From Trichoplax adhaerens (lineage: Eukaryota; Animalia; Placozoa): 64,000 bases of DNA. The notes beneath the pieces were generated by a model. The model was not told the origin of the DNA, ran no database searches, and worked only from the letters and a program-made list of their open reading frames with translations. A program made the position numbers and the translations under genes. Where the stretch lies: the NCBI RefSeq assembly GCF_000150275.1, contig NW_002060943.1, positions 408,353 through 472,352 on the forward strand. The letters run 5' to 3'. Below are positions 23,301-37,460 of this stretch, piece after piece; the first letter of the stretch is position 1; each line of letters starts with the position of its first letter.

Positions 23301-26300
23301 CCAGTCTTATTCCATGACATAGAAACATTATCTGCTTTATAAAAGCTTTTTTGGCAAACTGGACGATCAAAGTTGGGGAAATTATACATCTTTACATAGG
23401 CAGGTGCACCCTAAAATGAAAAAATTTGTAGTAGCACGTTAAACAAACATGTATTTTCTTCTATAGGGTCTATAGCGATGATTACGATAAGACGCGTATC
23501 TAGGTACCTTTTTTGTAGGGTTAAAAGTTGCAAATCTAATAGGGTTAGTTGATGGTGATAAAGAAAATTCTTGAATACCATCTTGGCTAAGCTTTGCTAT
23601 AGAAGTTCCTCCTATAGTTATATAATCATTACATGACTTGTTGCTTTGACTACAGTCATAAGAATATGGCACAGGTAAAACAAGTAATTTAAGAAGTTTA
23701 CGTTTTAAGTTAATATTTTCATGTTATTAAAAAATGATTATACTGTCTATTATAGAGTATGCTAACAATACAATGCTTGCAAAGCATCATTTGATACCTA
23801 TATCTGATCCTTTAAGCACTAAGACACCATCGACAACCACTCTCGTACAGATTTCTTCGTCTGTAGACCATAGAGGCTTCCTATTAAATTATAGAATAGC
23901 ATTATATGCCTAAATTATAATGTTTCTTTTAGCCTTAGCCTTACGTTCAGAACAAAGTATCTTTGTAATAAAGATATTTTATTAATCATGTTTTAAATTT
24001 AACCGATCTACGTTATGTAAGCTAGCATAGGTAAAAAAATCTATACCAATCGGTGTGTCGCTTATGAATAAATCCTGCAGACTTTTCACCACTAGCCAAG
24101 TTCCAAATAACTAGGTTATGCGTTCCTTGAGGCGCTTTGTCTGATACTATATTACGATAAGACAACTTACTGTTAGGATTATTTGCGACAGTCACTAGAA
24201 TTGCATAAACTGTTTTCATAAATTTTAATCCCTACTGCGATAAGGTCCCCATGTTGCAAGAAAGGAATGCTTTGGAGAGAACGCTAAAGAGTTGCTGTAT
24301 CCAGCTGGAAACTGATGAACTATTTCGCCTTCGGGAAGTTTTATCACTTTAATACTATAAACAGTAACGATGGAAGAAAATTAATGATTTCAGTTGATTA
24401 TATAAAAATTTTTCGACATCTCTAACTTTTTACTTCCTTCATTGTGATGTAAATGTTAGCAATTTAGTTCATAATTGAAATTTTGAACTACCTGTAGTAA
24501 CTATACGCATATTTAAATTTTAGTTAGATATCATCGTCAAACTCTTATACCATTTGCTATTTATACCATAGAAGTCATTCATTTTTAGCAGCTAAATGAT
24601 GTAATGATGTCAATGTCATTTATGTTGTGGTAATAGCTAATGAAATCAATTACAATTTTGATTTCCTCTGGGTTGGACCGGGATACTAAAATACAGAATT
24701 GAAAATATGCACTAATATGTGCAACTATTTTAATTACTAAATAATTGACAGGTTATAAATTTTATTTATTTGTTTAATATAACGTGAAATAACTTCAATT
24801 ACTTGTAACTTAAAATAAATTTATGACCAGTATTATTTCATATCATCAATTGATATCCTAATTGCATACAATCCTATCTTGACTTGATCGCTAATCTCAC
24901 TGGCGTCTAATTTATGGATCGGTATATTAATTCCACGTACACTATGTCCTTAATAACATTGCAATAATATACCGATACACTACTACAGCGTTGTCCGCAT
25001 TATGGTACTTGCGAGTTTACAATTACAATTAAAGTAAGATACCAATTAGTGCTATAACTCATAAGGGTATCAATTCAGTATTTGGAAACTACAGTAAAGA
25101 CCGGCTTTATCTTATTGAAAAACTACCATAGATACTGCCTGATTTGATAAAAGATTGAATTTATAATTTTAGTATTTAACGAAATTGACAGGGCTAAAAT
25201 ATTCGTCTGGATTAGTAATACAGCTAAGTCGGCATGAGCTGGAAAGTAGACAATATGCGACTATAATTAATTTATAATGACAACTTTAGATCAATATGAG
25301 AAATTTACTGCCGCTATCAAAGGTTTACATGCACAATTAGACTTTACAGAAGATGTTCATCGTATTTAATGATTCCTATAGGATTCACTCATTGCATGGT
25401 ACTTTAATTGGAAATGCATGCATGAGTTATTGTATTGGCAGTTAACCATAGATTGATTCAATTTTTCCATTATCAAAAATATTTTACGCATGTATATGTA
25501 CAATGCTATACTCACTCGCTATCACTGATCCATGCAAGAAGGTTGCCATCATGAGAGAATGTTAAGCACTTACACTTTGGAGATTCATCCCTTTATAATA
25601 GTAAAAGTAGGTAAGAACGAGTCACTTTGAAGAAAGGGCAAACTTTAGCTAATATCGCACTGTAGCGATAGTGTATTTGTCATCATCCTTGACATGATGA
25701 CTTTGAATATCAAACAATTCAATACCTTACACAGTAGGAAAGGAAAATATTAAGCATTCAATAAGCATGACAAGGTAATAAGATATTACTAGAGTGGATT
25801 ATACAGCATATTAACAAACCGTTGAAAGTGTTGGTAATCGTCACATTTATATCCAGTTTGCAAAGTTAGACCAGAAGATCCACGAACTATACAACAGATG
25901 AAAGATCCAAGAATGAGCAAAGGTGATATTCATTACTGACAACCACTGATGCATGATTGATTAAGCTTAAAATACTTGTAGAAATATTACTCTATTTTAA
26001 TTTATGCGATGATGTAGTTCTCCCCTATCATACTAATCATTCAATGATAACGTGATGAAATTGATAATGGACTAAAGCCATTTGTAGACGTTTCTATACG
26101 ATTACTGCAATAGGGTACGAATCAATTTCTGTCTTTGCTATGCATAAGGTCAATGACAACGTATTAAGTGAATTGATAGTATTACTATAGTACAATGGTG
26201 GATAAAAATCATCACCATGCTTCTTTTTAATCTGATTTAAGACATTGCTAACATGATTTGGATTCATTTGTGTGGGAGCATTAAGCTGAGATGGCCTAGA

Positions 26301-26424
26301 CAAATATTACCCTACGCCATGGCTGCAATTTTTTCATGACTGTTCATATCGATCATGAACCAGTATTAAACTACGCATATTTACCAGCAAGAAGTGGAGA
26401 AAATTGTTGTTGTTGAGTAGCCAT
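20400..26424 (-). CDS. EIF2A: Eukaryotic translation initiation factor 2A (WD beta-propeller)
   Basis: ATG 26424 MATQQQQFSPLLA | VRGSSGL...; KGAP...MYNFPNF...KSFYKADNV; STESDKTGSSYYGEQSLYF; GPIYSVEWS...FCVVYG | SMPAKATLYNLKCDPIHEFG...NPQG | IICLAGFGNLKGEM; WSPDGQYFATATTAPRLRQGNGYKIWHYSG; YRPPGARG; KPVSKSALKNKKKR; VEKLQLETEIRREIEMLKLS* (stop 20400-20402). Confidence 0.95.
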
Positions 26425-26589
26425 AATAACTGAAGACAGTGGCAGTAATTAGGTTGGATATGCAAGCAATCTTTAAAGCATCGAATCGATGCAAGCCCTT
26501 GAAAGAGTGATCGAGGAAGTTAGAGAGCTTGCGATGTAGCCAACTGGTGTTGAACTTGTCGCTTTTCCAGGAGTTCCAGGAGAAGTCTG

Positions 26590-28030
26590 ACGTACTCTAC
26601 AGTGTACAGTACGTCAGACCAGTTCCACCAAGCCAGAGACTGGGTAATTGCAGTACACTGTATGTGACATTCATGTCCAGTATAGGGTACAGTAGCGAGT
26701 CAACGGGAAAGTATTTAAAAAGACTTGGCTTTTATTACAGTACCCTCGACGATAGATCGGCAGCAAAATCGACATTGTACTGTACGCAATGTACTGTACG
26801 GTACAGTACGGTACAGTGTACAGTAAGGATGTTACCGTACTGTATACCCTGAACGACAGTACTTAGTACAGTAGTCCCTAGCTGTATTGTTTTCTTCTTG
26901 CTCGAGGACTCCTCCTTCCTCTTGCTATAAGTCCTACGAGAAGTGCTCAGACTGCTAAGCAAGTTCTGTAGTTGGCCGTGACAATTGGTTGAGTAAAATA
27001 GATTCCATTGGGGCTTCGTTAGCTTGCTGAATTACGCTGTAGAGTAGTACTCGTACTTTTGCTGTCTCAGCACTTTCGACAAAGTCTCTCCCATGATAGT
27101 GCAGCATAGCAGGGATTACATAGAGACCCTTCTGCACTGTACTACCCCCAAGACTCAAAGTCTGGTGTGTGGCAGTGCAAGACAGGATTGTGCTGGGAAG
27201 CGCCGACTTCCATTCTCATCGGCCTCTTTGTAAAGCACTGAGCATGAAGTGAGTTGCGACTCGTATATCAGCATAATGAAACATCAGGACGAGTTGGCAG
27301 TGCCATGGGACTAGCAACTAGCCGTTATTTGTTACAGTAGGACGCTAGCAGTAGCATAGCTCATGAGCACAGGGGAACGTAGGGAATAGAGATAGAAGAA
27401 TCGTTAATCTTTCTTCCTCTCTATGGTTCAGAATGTGTCATGCCGTCACCGATTGAGAGTATTGAGCATGACTAAGTTAGCAGCGATGCAGCGTATAGTC
27501 ATAAAGTAGAGTGCCCGTGATATACAGTAGAACAGGTTTTCTTACTACATGTGTCTACCAAACTACGCTTATTCAATGCCCTTCCATCATAACGCAATAA
27601 CGAAATAAATGCCATTCAATCAAGACAAATTGACTACCATTTCAGACGTTAGTAGTATTATATTAGGTAGGATATACGTGTACTTTTCATGACAACAGAT
27701 CTATGGATGTCGAGGCCTTTTTAAAAGTTGAGGAGAGACATACAACGTGTTTATTTTCGTTTCCAACTTTTGCATGGCAAAGTACATAGTAATTATGACT
27801 ACGTGCTTCGACTGTTCTTACGAGTAGGGGAATTCTATCAACTTGTATATAAACTTCAGCTTTCTAGCTACTTGATAGTATAAACCATAGTCATTTTAGC
27901 TTTGTTTCAGTCATATTTTTTCCCTTTTTTAGTGCGTTGTTAGGATTCAGTATGGCCAATCGACTACAATACTTTACTGTAACTGAGTACTGCTGGTGCA
28001 GTACATAGTACTGTAGACGAAGTACTGTAT
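26590..28030. promoter_or_regulatory. Divergent EIF2A/SPRYD7 promoter region with GTAC-rich tracts (~26590-26880 and ~27960-28030)
   Basis: Head-to-head ATGs at 26424(-) and 28217(+); TGTACTGTACGGTACAGTACGGTACAGTGTACAGT at ~26790 and GTACATAGTACTGTAG at ~28001. Confidence 0.55.
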
Positions 28031-28216
28031 CCCCGCCCAAATCCAAAGCAACAACTACCTGTTGATTGTAGAGATTCCAGAGTTCTTAAATCTCCAGCAA
28101 AAGGATCTGAGAAGCAGACCATTAGCCATGTTGCAGTTAGACATGGCTAGTTTCTCTCGCTGCCATTGAAGCTGACAGTGTAGAAGAAATTGGTAGGCAA
28201 AAAAAACAAAACAGAT

Positions 28217-31145
28217 ATGGATGCTACACAGACAATAACATCCGTATTTTGCAACTGTTTTCAAATTGGCATTGGTCAAAGGCCGGCGCAAACGGAACCG
28301 CAAAATAAAGTCGCACTAGACACCAAACGTATGGGTAAGATGTCCATTAAAATTGATGTTGTAATAGAGTCAGATAGCCATCCAGGATTGTATCACAAGG
28401 CTACGTGAAATAGTTATCATTTAAATCAGACATTAATACAACCGTCATGATATTTTATGTATTGCTCCATCTGTCGTCTATTCCAATTATTTCGAGAAAA
28501 ATGACGATCTATTTGATCAAATAAGCTGAGGGGATAATATTGCCGATAGGCAGAGTACTCAACCAAGTCTACTTGTCTACACTAGCAAGATGGACGCATC
28601 CGCCTCCTTTTCCGTAGCCTTCGCCAATATGCGATGAGTTAAATTTGGATCGGATACTCTAGCAAGACATGAATTCATGTAGGATCTTTTCAATGATCCA
28701 TTCAATGATATACTACCAACAGAATTCATTGATGAATTCAATACTGCGTACAAGTACACCCAGATTTTGTAAACAACTTTTCACTCCCACTTCATTACGG
28801 ACTTTATTATACTATGTAAGATCATTAAAAGCATGGCTTAAGGGTATATTAGCATAAGTAAATTCTTTTAGACTACTATCAACGGACTTGAAATCCACTT
28901 TAGGATACGTGTAATTGTCGCTTGATCACCAAATGGACTTAGAGTAGCTACGGATGAATCATTATGGGCTAAATTGAAGTTCTTACCATAATAAGATACA
29001 ACTATCTACACTGTGGATTAGTCTTCAATTTGTAACTGCAGTCGTTTAAATGAACCCGTTCAGCTAGTGAAATAAGTTTTTCTTAATTCAATTGCATCAT
29101 TTCGACAAAATAAAAATAAATCAGCTACTATGCACCTAATATACAACAATTAAAACGCACAAATATTCACTAGGTATCCCGTAACTTAACAGAAAATAAT
29201 ACGCAATATCCCCAAATTTATAAATCTGCTGTTTGAGATTAGTTCGGTTTGTGGTTGGTGAACAACTGAATTATCTCTACGTATATCTTATCAAATGTGA
29301 AATTAGCCAATACTTCTTTATTTAGAAAAGAATAAATTTATGTCAAAATACGATAATATATAATTAGCAATCGTTGATAATTACAGTGATATAATCAATC
29401 AAAAAGAAATATTGTACGATAAAGACAGTTTTAGAACAAGTATCACTTATTTTATCTATATTATTTTGTTGGTCCAAATTATAATGCAAAATATACAAGC
29501 AATTAGTAATGAATAATTTAAAATGTCTTCTATCAGAACGTTCAATTCGTACTTTTGGCCTTTGTTTATAGCTTTCACTTTTAAAGTACCATAGGATTTG
29601 CACCCGTGCAAATTTTTTGTCCCGATGTAGCATTAAGCTAGATGTTATCGCCAATATGTCGAATATTAGTTTGGAGAAGCTAATTTCACAACTTGAACTG
29701 TTATCATTCAAATCGCCTTCTTCTGCTGTAAAGAATAAATAATAGACATAGCAACTTCAAATGTAAAAGATTTGAACACGTACTAGTATTTTGGCATTGG
29801 CAAACTTCAGAGATTGACCATAATATATATAACTCATGCAATCGAACAATCAGTTCATTACTTTACGATGCGGTTTACTGTACGATTTTCGAAAGCTTAA
29901 AGTTTATAATTTGAATAGTATATTTTCTTGGTAGGGTCTAATTGTGTTATAGTCAAGTCGGGTCGCCGGATATGTGGCAGCGGTGGCTGTTTAGCAAATT
30001 CACCAATCGCTCAAAATAAAGGCTATTTTGAGATTAAAGTCCAATCCACAGGTAAATCCAAGGCATTGAATTCAAAGTTGAAAATGTAATCTGCTGATTT
30101 CAATTTATAAATCTTATTACAATATAAATAGAGCTGCCAGCTCACGTAGTTCTTCTCTTAATGACTCATGAGAACTTATCTTACTCATCATTTAATGAAC
30201 CCTGATCCAGGAGTCTGTTTTACTTTATCCAAATTAATGGCATTACTATTGCACCATAGGTTTATTATTACGGTATACTACAGTACTAATCAAGAGAATG
30301 TACAGTTTCAAATTCATAAACTACGCCTATTACAGTATATGCAAAGATTATCTTTTATCATTTTTTTTGTACCTATGAAATATGTCCGAAACAAAATTAT
30401 GTATAACATGACTATAAAATCATTAGTACAGTACTTACCAACTTCAATAAATAGCTTTGTTCAATAATACTAATTGAACTATAGGGTGACATGATACTTT
30501 TGACTTGCTAGTTATAATTATACTTCATAATGACAGGTATTTGGGGATTTGGTGTAGCTTTTAAAGATTGTAATCTTGATGAGATTCCTCTCGGAAACGA
30601 TTCCAAGAGTTGGGTCTATACATCTAGTGGTAATATATTGCATGATGGTACAGCGAAGTATAGTAATTTGAAAAAGGCTGAAGAAGGAGACGTTATGGTA
30701 AGCTATTTCATCACCTAATTTCGGTTATTACGTTTAGATATAAATCACTGCTCAGTTCTGTTTACTTATAACTGTAACCTCAAGATATATAAATATCATT
30801 AAAATTTCGTAGATTGCGTGTCATTTCTTACAATTAATTGATAACATTTTACCAAAATGTAGGCATGTACTTACGATCATGTAGAGCTTAATTTTTATCT
30901 CAATGGTGATAATTTGCAAGCTCCAGTTACAGGCTTTAAAGGCACTGTATTTCCTGTGATTTATGGTACGTTGAATTCATCTACTTCTATATTTTTACAA
31001 ATAATAAATTGGCACTAACAAAAAATATTTTATTTCTTAAACAGTCGATAAATCTGCAATCCTTGACGTTAGTTTCTGCGATAAGTTCTACTATCCTCCT
31101 CCAGTCGGATTTGAAGGAATTATGATGGAACACTCTATCATATAA
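28217..31145 (+). CDS. SPRYD7: SPRY domain-containing protein 7 (CLLD6/C13orf1)
   Basis: Exons 28217-28334 (...VALDTKRM), 29935-30051 (GSNCVIVKSGRRICGSGGCLANSPIAQNKGYFEIKVQST), 30537-30697 (GIWGFGVA...IPLGND...EEGDVM), 30862-30965 (CTYDHVELNFYLNG...GTVFPVIY), 31044-31145 (VDKSAILD...PPPVGFEGIMMEHSII*). Confidence 0.95.
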
Positions 31146-32013
31146 AAATAACATTAGTAAACCTATAAAAATAATGGATTCAATGATACTGCTAAAAATT
31201 ACTGTATATTTTCGATACCCTGTATAACAAACTCTATGAATTACTGACGTGCTTAGCATCAAGAATCTACTGCCTAATTGCGCCCGACGTTCCTTTTAAT
31301 CAAAATTTATAGATTTCTTAGATCATCACATACATACGCGTTATTGTATTGTATTGACAAGATGGTAACAAACACAATGAAATTAGACTGTATTAAAGCA
31401 ATCTCGATTTAAACTATATATAAAGTCTGTTAGCGATACTATTGTAACTTGGACTCCGTCAATTCACTTCCAAAGCATGGATGAATTGATAGAACATCGA
31501 GCACGGTTAATGACATCAGATATACTGTTCCGTTATAATATAAACAAATTTACCTATGTTTTATAGCATGACGTAATTTTTTATCTTAAATTTTCAAAGC
31601 AAATATCATTTGACAATTGTCTAAGTTAAAATAGAATTTTTGATTGAAAATTAAAATTTACTATTCATCCTAACAGTAGCATGCCTTATTAAACGATTTT
31701 TAACTCTCCTGTGGTTATAAAATTAATTCTCATATTTATTTCGTATCTCGGAATAGAAACAAATTGTTGTTTAGTAAAGGTGACATGACAGCAAAAAGTG
31801 AAACCCTGGATTTATTACTTTCGAGTGTAAATTACTTTAATTGCACGTACAACTGAAGTTTTAAAAAATTTCGTTGGACTACTTCGATGAATAATACCAA
31901 TAAAAATGATTTCTGTACTACTATAGTCCATATATAACATGAATTATTTCGGTTAAACTATACAATGCATTATTCAAGAAGAGAAAATGGTTTATTGAGT
32001 TTATTTAAATCGC

Positions 32014-35000
32014 TCAACGTATTGCAACTTGAGATGGAACAGGAAACGGATTCTGTTTGCTCACAACTAGTTTTTGATGTTGATGTGATATATAGCCACG
32101 AACATATCCCTAATACGTAAGAATAGAAATTATTATGAATCAGCTACGATGCTATTTAAGCTAAAGACTTTTACACCATGTACGACTAACCGTGTAAATT
32201 AAATTTGCTAAAATACATTCGACCTCATCTGCATCAATACCTTCTTCCTAGGTTTTGTATATGTGGGATTGCTTAAAATTATGCTAGTTCATTACGTTAC
32301 GTTATTAAGCAATAAATAAAAAAAGTACATACTAACCTGCATACTACTAAGTGCAACTACAAATGCCGAAATAGGCAGCTGGTATGTTTGCATTAGCAGG
32401 AATCTGATTTAATAAAGAGATTAATAATATTAATTAAAGAAATTCTAGTAAATATCATAACTCTAGCAAAATCCTTTACAGAAATGTAATTAAAACATAC
32501 ACTTTCTTGAAAAGATTCCGAAAGATTAGCATTTTAAGCCTTTCCAACATTAAATATACTCCACATCGAATTAGAAATTTCTATAGATTTTAAAAAATTT
32601 TTATCGTATTCGTAACGAGAACAAGTACGAAGATATGAAAAAAATTTTGCACCTCATTTATCTAACCTGATGTTTCTCGATAGCTTGATTAAATTTTAGT
32701 AAATTTCCAATTCTAGGAATCGTAAATAGAACATATTGGAAACACAGTACGAGTAAAAAGCGATTACGGAATAATTTTTCAGGCTTACTTCACAGCACTA
32801 GCGATTTCTATAAATTGTGTCAAACGATATTTCGATAGAAGTTTATTGCTTGGGATATAACCCTATCATTTTATTGAAAGAAAGAATATTAGGACCATTG
32901 TTTGTCAGGGAATAATGCGAGAGAGTTAAAACAATGTATTACTTACAAGCATCATCTTGACCGGCAATAAGTACATAAGAATTAGCCTAGGGGTATCGTG
33001 AACCATTTGATGTATTAGTTCCGTTCAGTCATTACAGTGTACCGTCATAACAAACACATACAGTACGTATATTTAGATTATTAGATACTGTAGAAAATTT
33101 TAGAAATACGATGCTTTCGAACCTTTTATTTTTTCTACTGGCAACATGGCAATGATTAAAAGCAAATGATAAATTTTCATCGGCTACGCAAGAACAAGTC
33201 AATTATAGAAATTAGTAAACGTTGCATATCATAAGTGAATATTAGCTAATAGAGGAGAGCAATTAAATCTGTTATAGCAAATTAATTACCTTCCTTGAAC
33301 TGACTATCAAACATAGCCTTCCGTCCGACGTAATATCTTTAAAATAAAAATTTTATTCAACGACGTAGTTAATAAGTTTATTAATTCGAAAGCGCAAAAT
33401 GTCCGCATCGGAACGTTTAGATACCTGTACGTTACAATATGTGATTTGAGGAAATCGTCTTTTATTGCAGCACTACTTATAGCTCGTGTCAATGGTTTAC
33501 ATAAATGTAATTTATTTAACTATTGCAAAATAAAAAGGAACTAATGAGATTAAAATCAAAATATAATTTTGGTTAAGTAGATACCCGTGTGGATGTTGTA
33601 CTATTGATAAATTTGACCTTAAGAAAAGATCTACAATTTTGGATGATATTTACTTTTATTTAGAGCTATACCTTGAAATAAATTTTGAATAAGTTATTAA
33701 CAATTCCTAACATGCCCCATTTTTTGGAATTTTCTAAAGCAGAACGGCTATAATATAAAGAGTACAGAGTAAAAGCACATCATCAATTACGGAGTGATAG
33801 CTTGGATAGCAGTGCCATAACAACCATATTAAAATTTTTTATAGACTACACGATTCGGGTAGCGTAATACCATTTCTAATGATATGAAAACAATTTAAGG
33901 GTAGGATTATTCATTTACCTATCTCCAGCGCATACTCTAAAGCAGTTCATTAATGCTTCCGCCGTCTTTTCTAAGACGTCCGTGCTCTTGCCTTTGGAAT
34001 AATAGTAAACCTAGGAGATAAATGGATAAACGTCATGAGTTCATTTTGAATATCACTGATATATAAACATAAATATATTGTGCTAATGACGAATTCCATA
34101 ATCAATGAATCAACATACTCTAAACGCCAATGCTGTCAATTCGGAAATTACTACATACATAGTTAAGATTCCCCTGTGAAAAAATGGGAAATTTTTCTAA
34201 TAATCTTACAAGAAATTTGGAAGCTAATTTTAGCAGCATTTAATGAACGCTTGTAATATCTTTGAAGGTACTTACCAGTTTTCATCTTTATGAGATTGCA
34301 AAGCGCGTGCAAATGAACTTTAAGATTAAAAAGTTAACTTTTATTAAATTTGGACAAAAGCAGCATGAATGCTTTTCAACTGTAGTGAGTAGGAGTGTAA
34401 AACAAGAAATTTTAGCATAAAATGCTATATCCAGACTTACTGCATTAATCCTAACTGTGCATCGAAAGCATGGCGAGGGTCATAATGGTTGATAGCAGCA
34501 ATAACTCTATCGCAATTACAAAAACTTGTCAGTAGGTACTAGAATGTGCATATATTGTAACATACTGGTACTACTATGGCCTAAAGCGTAGTGTTTAATG
34601 AAAAAGCTTTACAAAGGACTGTCAATGTATACATGACTTGGTAAAAGATTTGAAGAGTGATTATCGATGAGGATAAAAAAGTATCCATCAAAGTTGTGAT
34701 CATCAACGTACTTCATATGGTCAGCAACGAGGTCAACGTATGGAGGAACAAATCGCTGGCATACGTAATGGTGTATAACATCTTCCCTTTGCTGTACAAA
34801 TATAAAGAAAATTTTGGAGACAATATCATAGAAGGAATATCATTCAAAATAGGGCAATACTATTATTCATAGTTAAGTATAATATCGCATCGGCCAGGTT
34901 TTATATCGTGCTAAATCGTTGCGACATGATAAAGATTTTATCCTAGCTACAGATGGCGTATTGTGACTGTAAAATGCTACTACGCAGCAGTATATTACGT

Positions 35001-36211
35001 TTACTACTAGGTAGAATATAATTATACTATAGTATAAATTCCAAGTACAGCTGGAGTTTCTTGAAGTTAAGTATAAAGCATAAATTCCATGATAGTCACT
35101 ACAACAGCATGCATGCATTTGATCGTTGCTATTATTTAGCAATGGTACCTTCAATTTCGCTAATTGATTCAAACAAAGTGCTAAGTAGCAGTATTTTACT
35201 TAGGTTTACTTAGGTACTGTATAACATAGCTTCTAATTATAGCTGGAGCTTGTTTAAGTTTCCACAGCGTATCAATAACATTGCAGTCATTACAGCAGGT
35301 TCAATTTAATCATGGCTATCCTTTGGTAATGGCACATTCAATTTGGATACTTTAAATGATCATTGTCGATACTGATCATGATGCTCATAATGCTCATAAG
35401 TTAAAAGATGATCATCGCTGTCATGTAAGGGTTGCAATATGTGTTATACCTTTAAGCCTGGATTCTGGATATGTGAATCTCGAATGGAAAGCAGACGCTA
35501 TATTAGAAAGAAAAGAGTAAGCGAAATATGGAATCACGCTGAAAGCATAAGCTGAATAAAATATGCCGTCAAAATGGACACCTGTCCATACTACCAATTC
35601 AAGAACAAGTCAACATCAATCTTGATGGCAATATGTATTTAATTATTTATTGACTATCATGATATCATTTGTATTGACTGTCCGATGAAGTCGATTTGAT
35701 ACTGCACGTATCAACCATTTAAAAGGAAGAAAGTAATACGTACCTATGCGTGACTAAATGAGGAATGTAGTCAGACTATAATCATGGTATACTACAGAAA
35801 TTTTATACCATTGGTGCTTTTACTGTATACTGTAGTAGTATCATGTCTAACCATTCTCTATTTCATGACTAATATGTTAGTGTTGATGATGACTATGGTC
35901 ATCAAGCGAAGGCAATGGATATTGAAAATTGCATGATACAAACCCCCAATCTTCTTCCATCTTTGTTATTAATGGCATTTTCTAGCTAGAAGGTCAAGCA
36001 GTTGAATTGTATCAAGTTATTTTAATATAATACTTGGGAGCAAACACTCTACAATCAATCATTGCATTGTGATCTAAGATGATTACTATGATTCATTCCT
36101 TATCAAAGGCGATGATCATTTATGGTGAAATAAAACATGGATGAAATTAGATAAAAGTGATCAGCCACTTACACCACCAAGGTATTGAGTAAAGCTTTGA
36201 TTAAATGCCAT
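32014..36211 (-). CDS. PCID2: PCI domain-containing protein 2 (TREX-2 subunit, Thp1/CSN12-like)
   Basis: Built from many small exons absent from the ORF track: ATG 36211 [13 protein letters not shown] | [10 protein letters not shown] | ...[13 protein letters not shown] | [14 protein letters not shown] | [18 protein letters not shown] | [19 protein letters not shown] | [14 protein letters not shown] | [11 protein letters not shown] | [17 protein letters not shown] | [24 protein letters not shown] | [12 protein letters not shown] | [23 protein letters not shown], stop 32014-32016. Confidence 0.95.
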
Positions 36212-36448
36212 CTCGCGTCCGTCTCCTGCTTATTTCAGTAATGTCGAATCTTTCCCTCAACGTCTAAGGAGGTGAATGCAATCTCGATGGCGTTTGCCTC
36301 AGTAGTTCAACTTTGTACTCAATATTCCAATCAATCAATGGATTAATGATCCTCGATAAACTTGCCTACCATGCACTAAAGTACCAAGTCGAGTTGATTG
36401 ATTCGTCAAGCTCTGGACGCTTCCCACTTCCAATACCAATTACTAGTG

Positions 36449-37460
36449 GCAAAAGTGAAACGGTACGAACGCGTACTGCCGCTTATCTTGAACATGACAC
36501 CAGTACAGTACCGTCACGACCGTGGTCCGTCTGTACACTGTACAGTACACTGAGTACAGTCAGTAGTCAGTACCACGTACTGCACGGTCTGTACCATGCC
36601 AGGGACTTTGTATCTACTTCCCATACGAATCACTAGGAGCAAAAGTGAAACGGTACGAAAGCGTACTGGCGCTTATGTTGAACATGACACCAGTACTGTA
36701 CAGCAAGGTACTGTCACGACTGTGGTCCATCTGTATACTGCACAGATGGACCGAGTACAGGACTGACTGTCCTAGTCAAGTCCGTAGTCAGTAGCACGTA
36801 CTGCACGGTCTGTAGTCTGTACCATACCACGCACTTTGTATCAGCAATTGGCTCATTTCATTTTCAACCTTTCCTACTTCCTATACGAATCACTAGGAGC
36901 AAAAGTGAAACGGTACGAACGCGTACTGGCGCTTATCTTGAAGATGACACCAGTAAAGCACGGTACTGTCACGACCATGGTCCATCTGTACACTGTACAG
37001 TACACTGAGTGAGTACAGTCAGTAGTCAGTACCACGTACTGCACGGTCTGTACCATGCCAGGGGCTTTGTATCTACTTCCCATACGAATCACTAGGAGCA
37101 AAAGTGAAACGGTACGAAAGCGTACTGGCGCTTATGTTGAACATGACACCAGTACAGCACGGTACTGTCACGACCGTAGTCCATCTGTACACTGTACAGA
37201 TGGACCGAGTACAGGACTGTCATAGTCAAGTCCGTAGTCAGTAGCACGTCCTGCACGGTCTGTAGTCTGTACCATACAACGGACTTTGTATTAGTAATTG
37301 GCTCATTTCATTTTCAACGTTTTTTACTTCCCATAGGAATCACTAGGAGCAAAAGTGAAACGGTACGAACGCGTACTGGCGCTTATCTTGAAGATGACAC
37401 CAGTACAGTCAGTAGTCAGTACCACGTACTGCACTGCCTGTACCATACCAGGGACTTTCT
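36449..37460. repeat. Higher-order tandem repeat (A-B-A-B-A') immediately upstream of PCID2
   Basis: AAAAGTGAAACGGTACGAA starts at 36451, 36641, 36901, 37100 and 37351 (spacings 190/260/199/251; dimer period ~450). B units carry an extra ATGGACCGAGTACAGGACTG...ATTGGCTCATTTCATTTTCAAC block. Confidence 0.93.

Noticed and set aside
26310-26320. Strong-Kozak GCAGCCATGGCG as the EIF2A start
   Set aside because: It reads ATG GCG TAG and lies in intron 1; ATG 26424 gives the homologous N-terminus in the correct phase.
28577-29711. Nested antisense gene or pseudogene in SPRYD7 intron 1
   Set aside because: Some exon-like segments, but attempted joins hit stop codons and no family was recognised; BLASTX would be needed.
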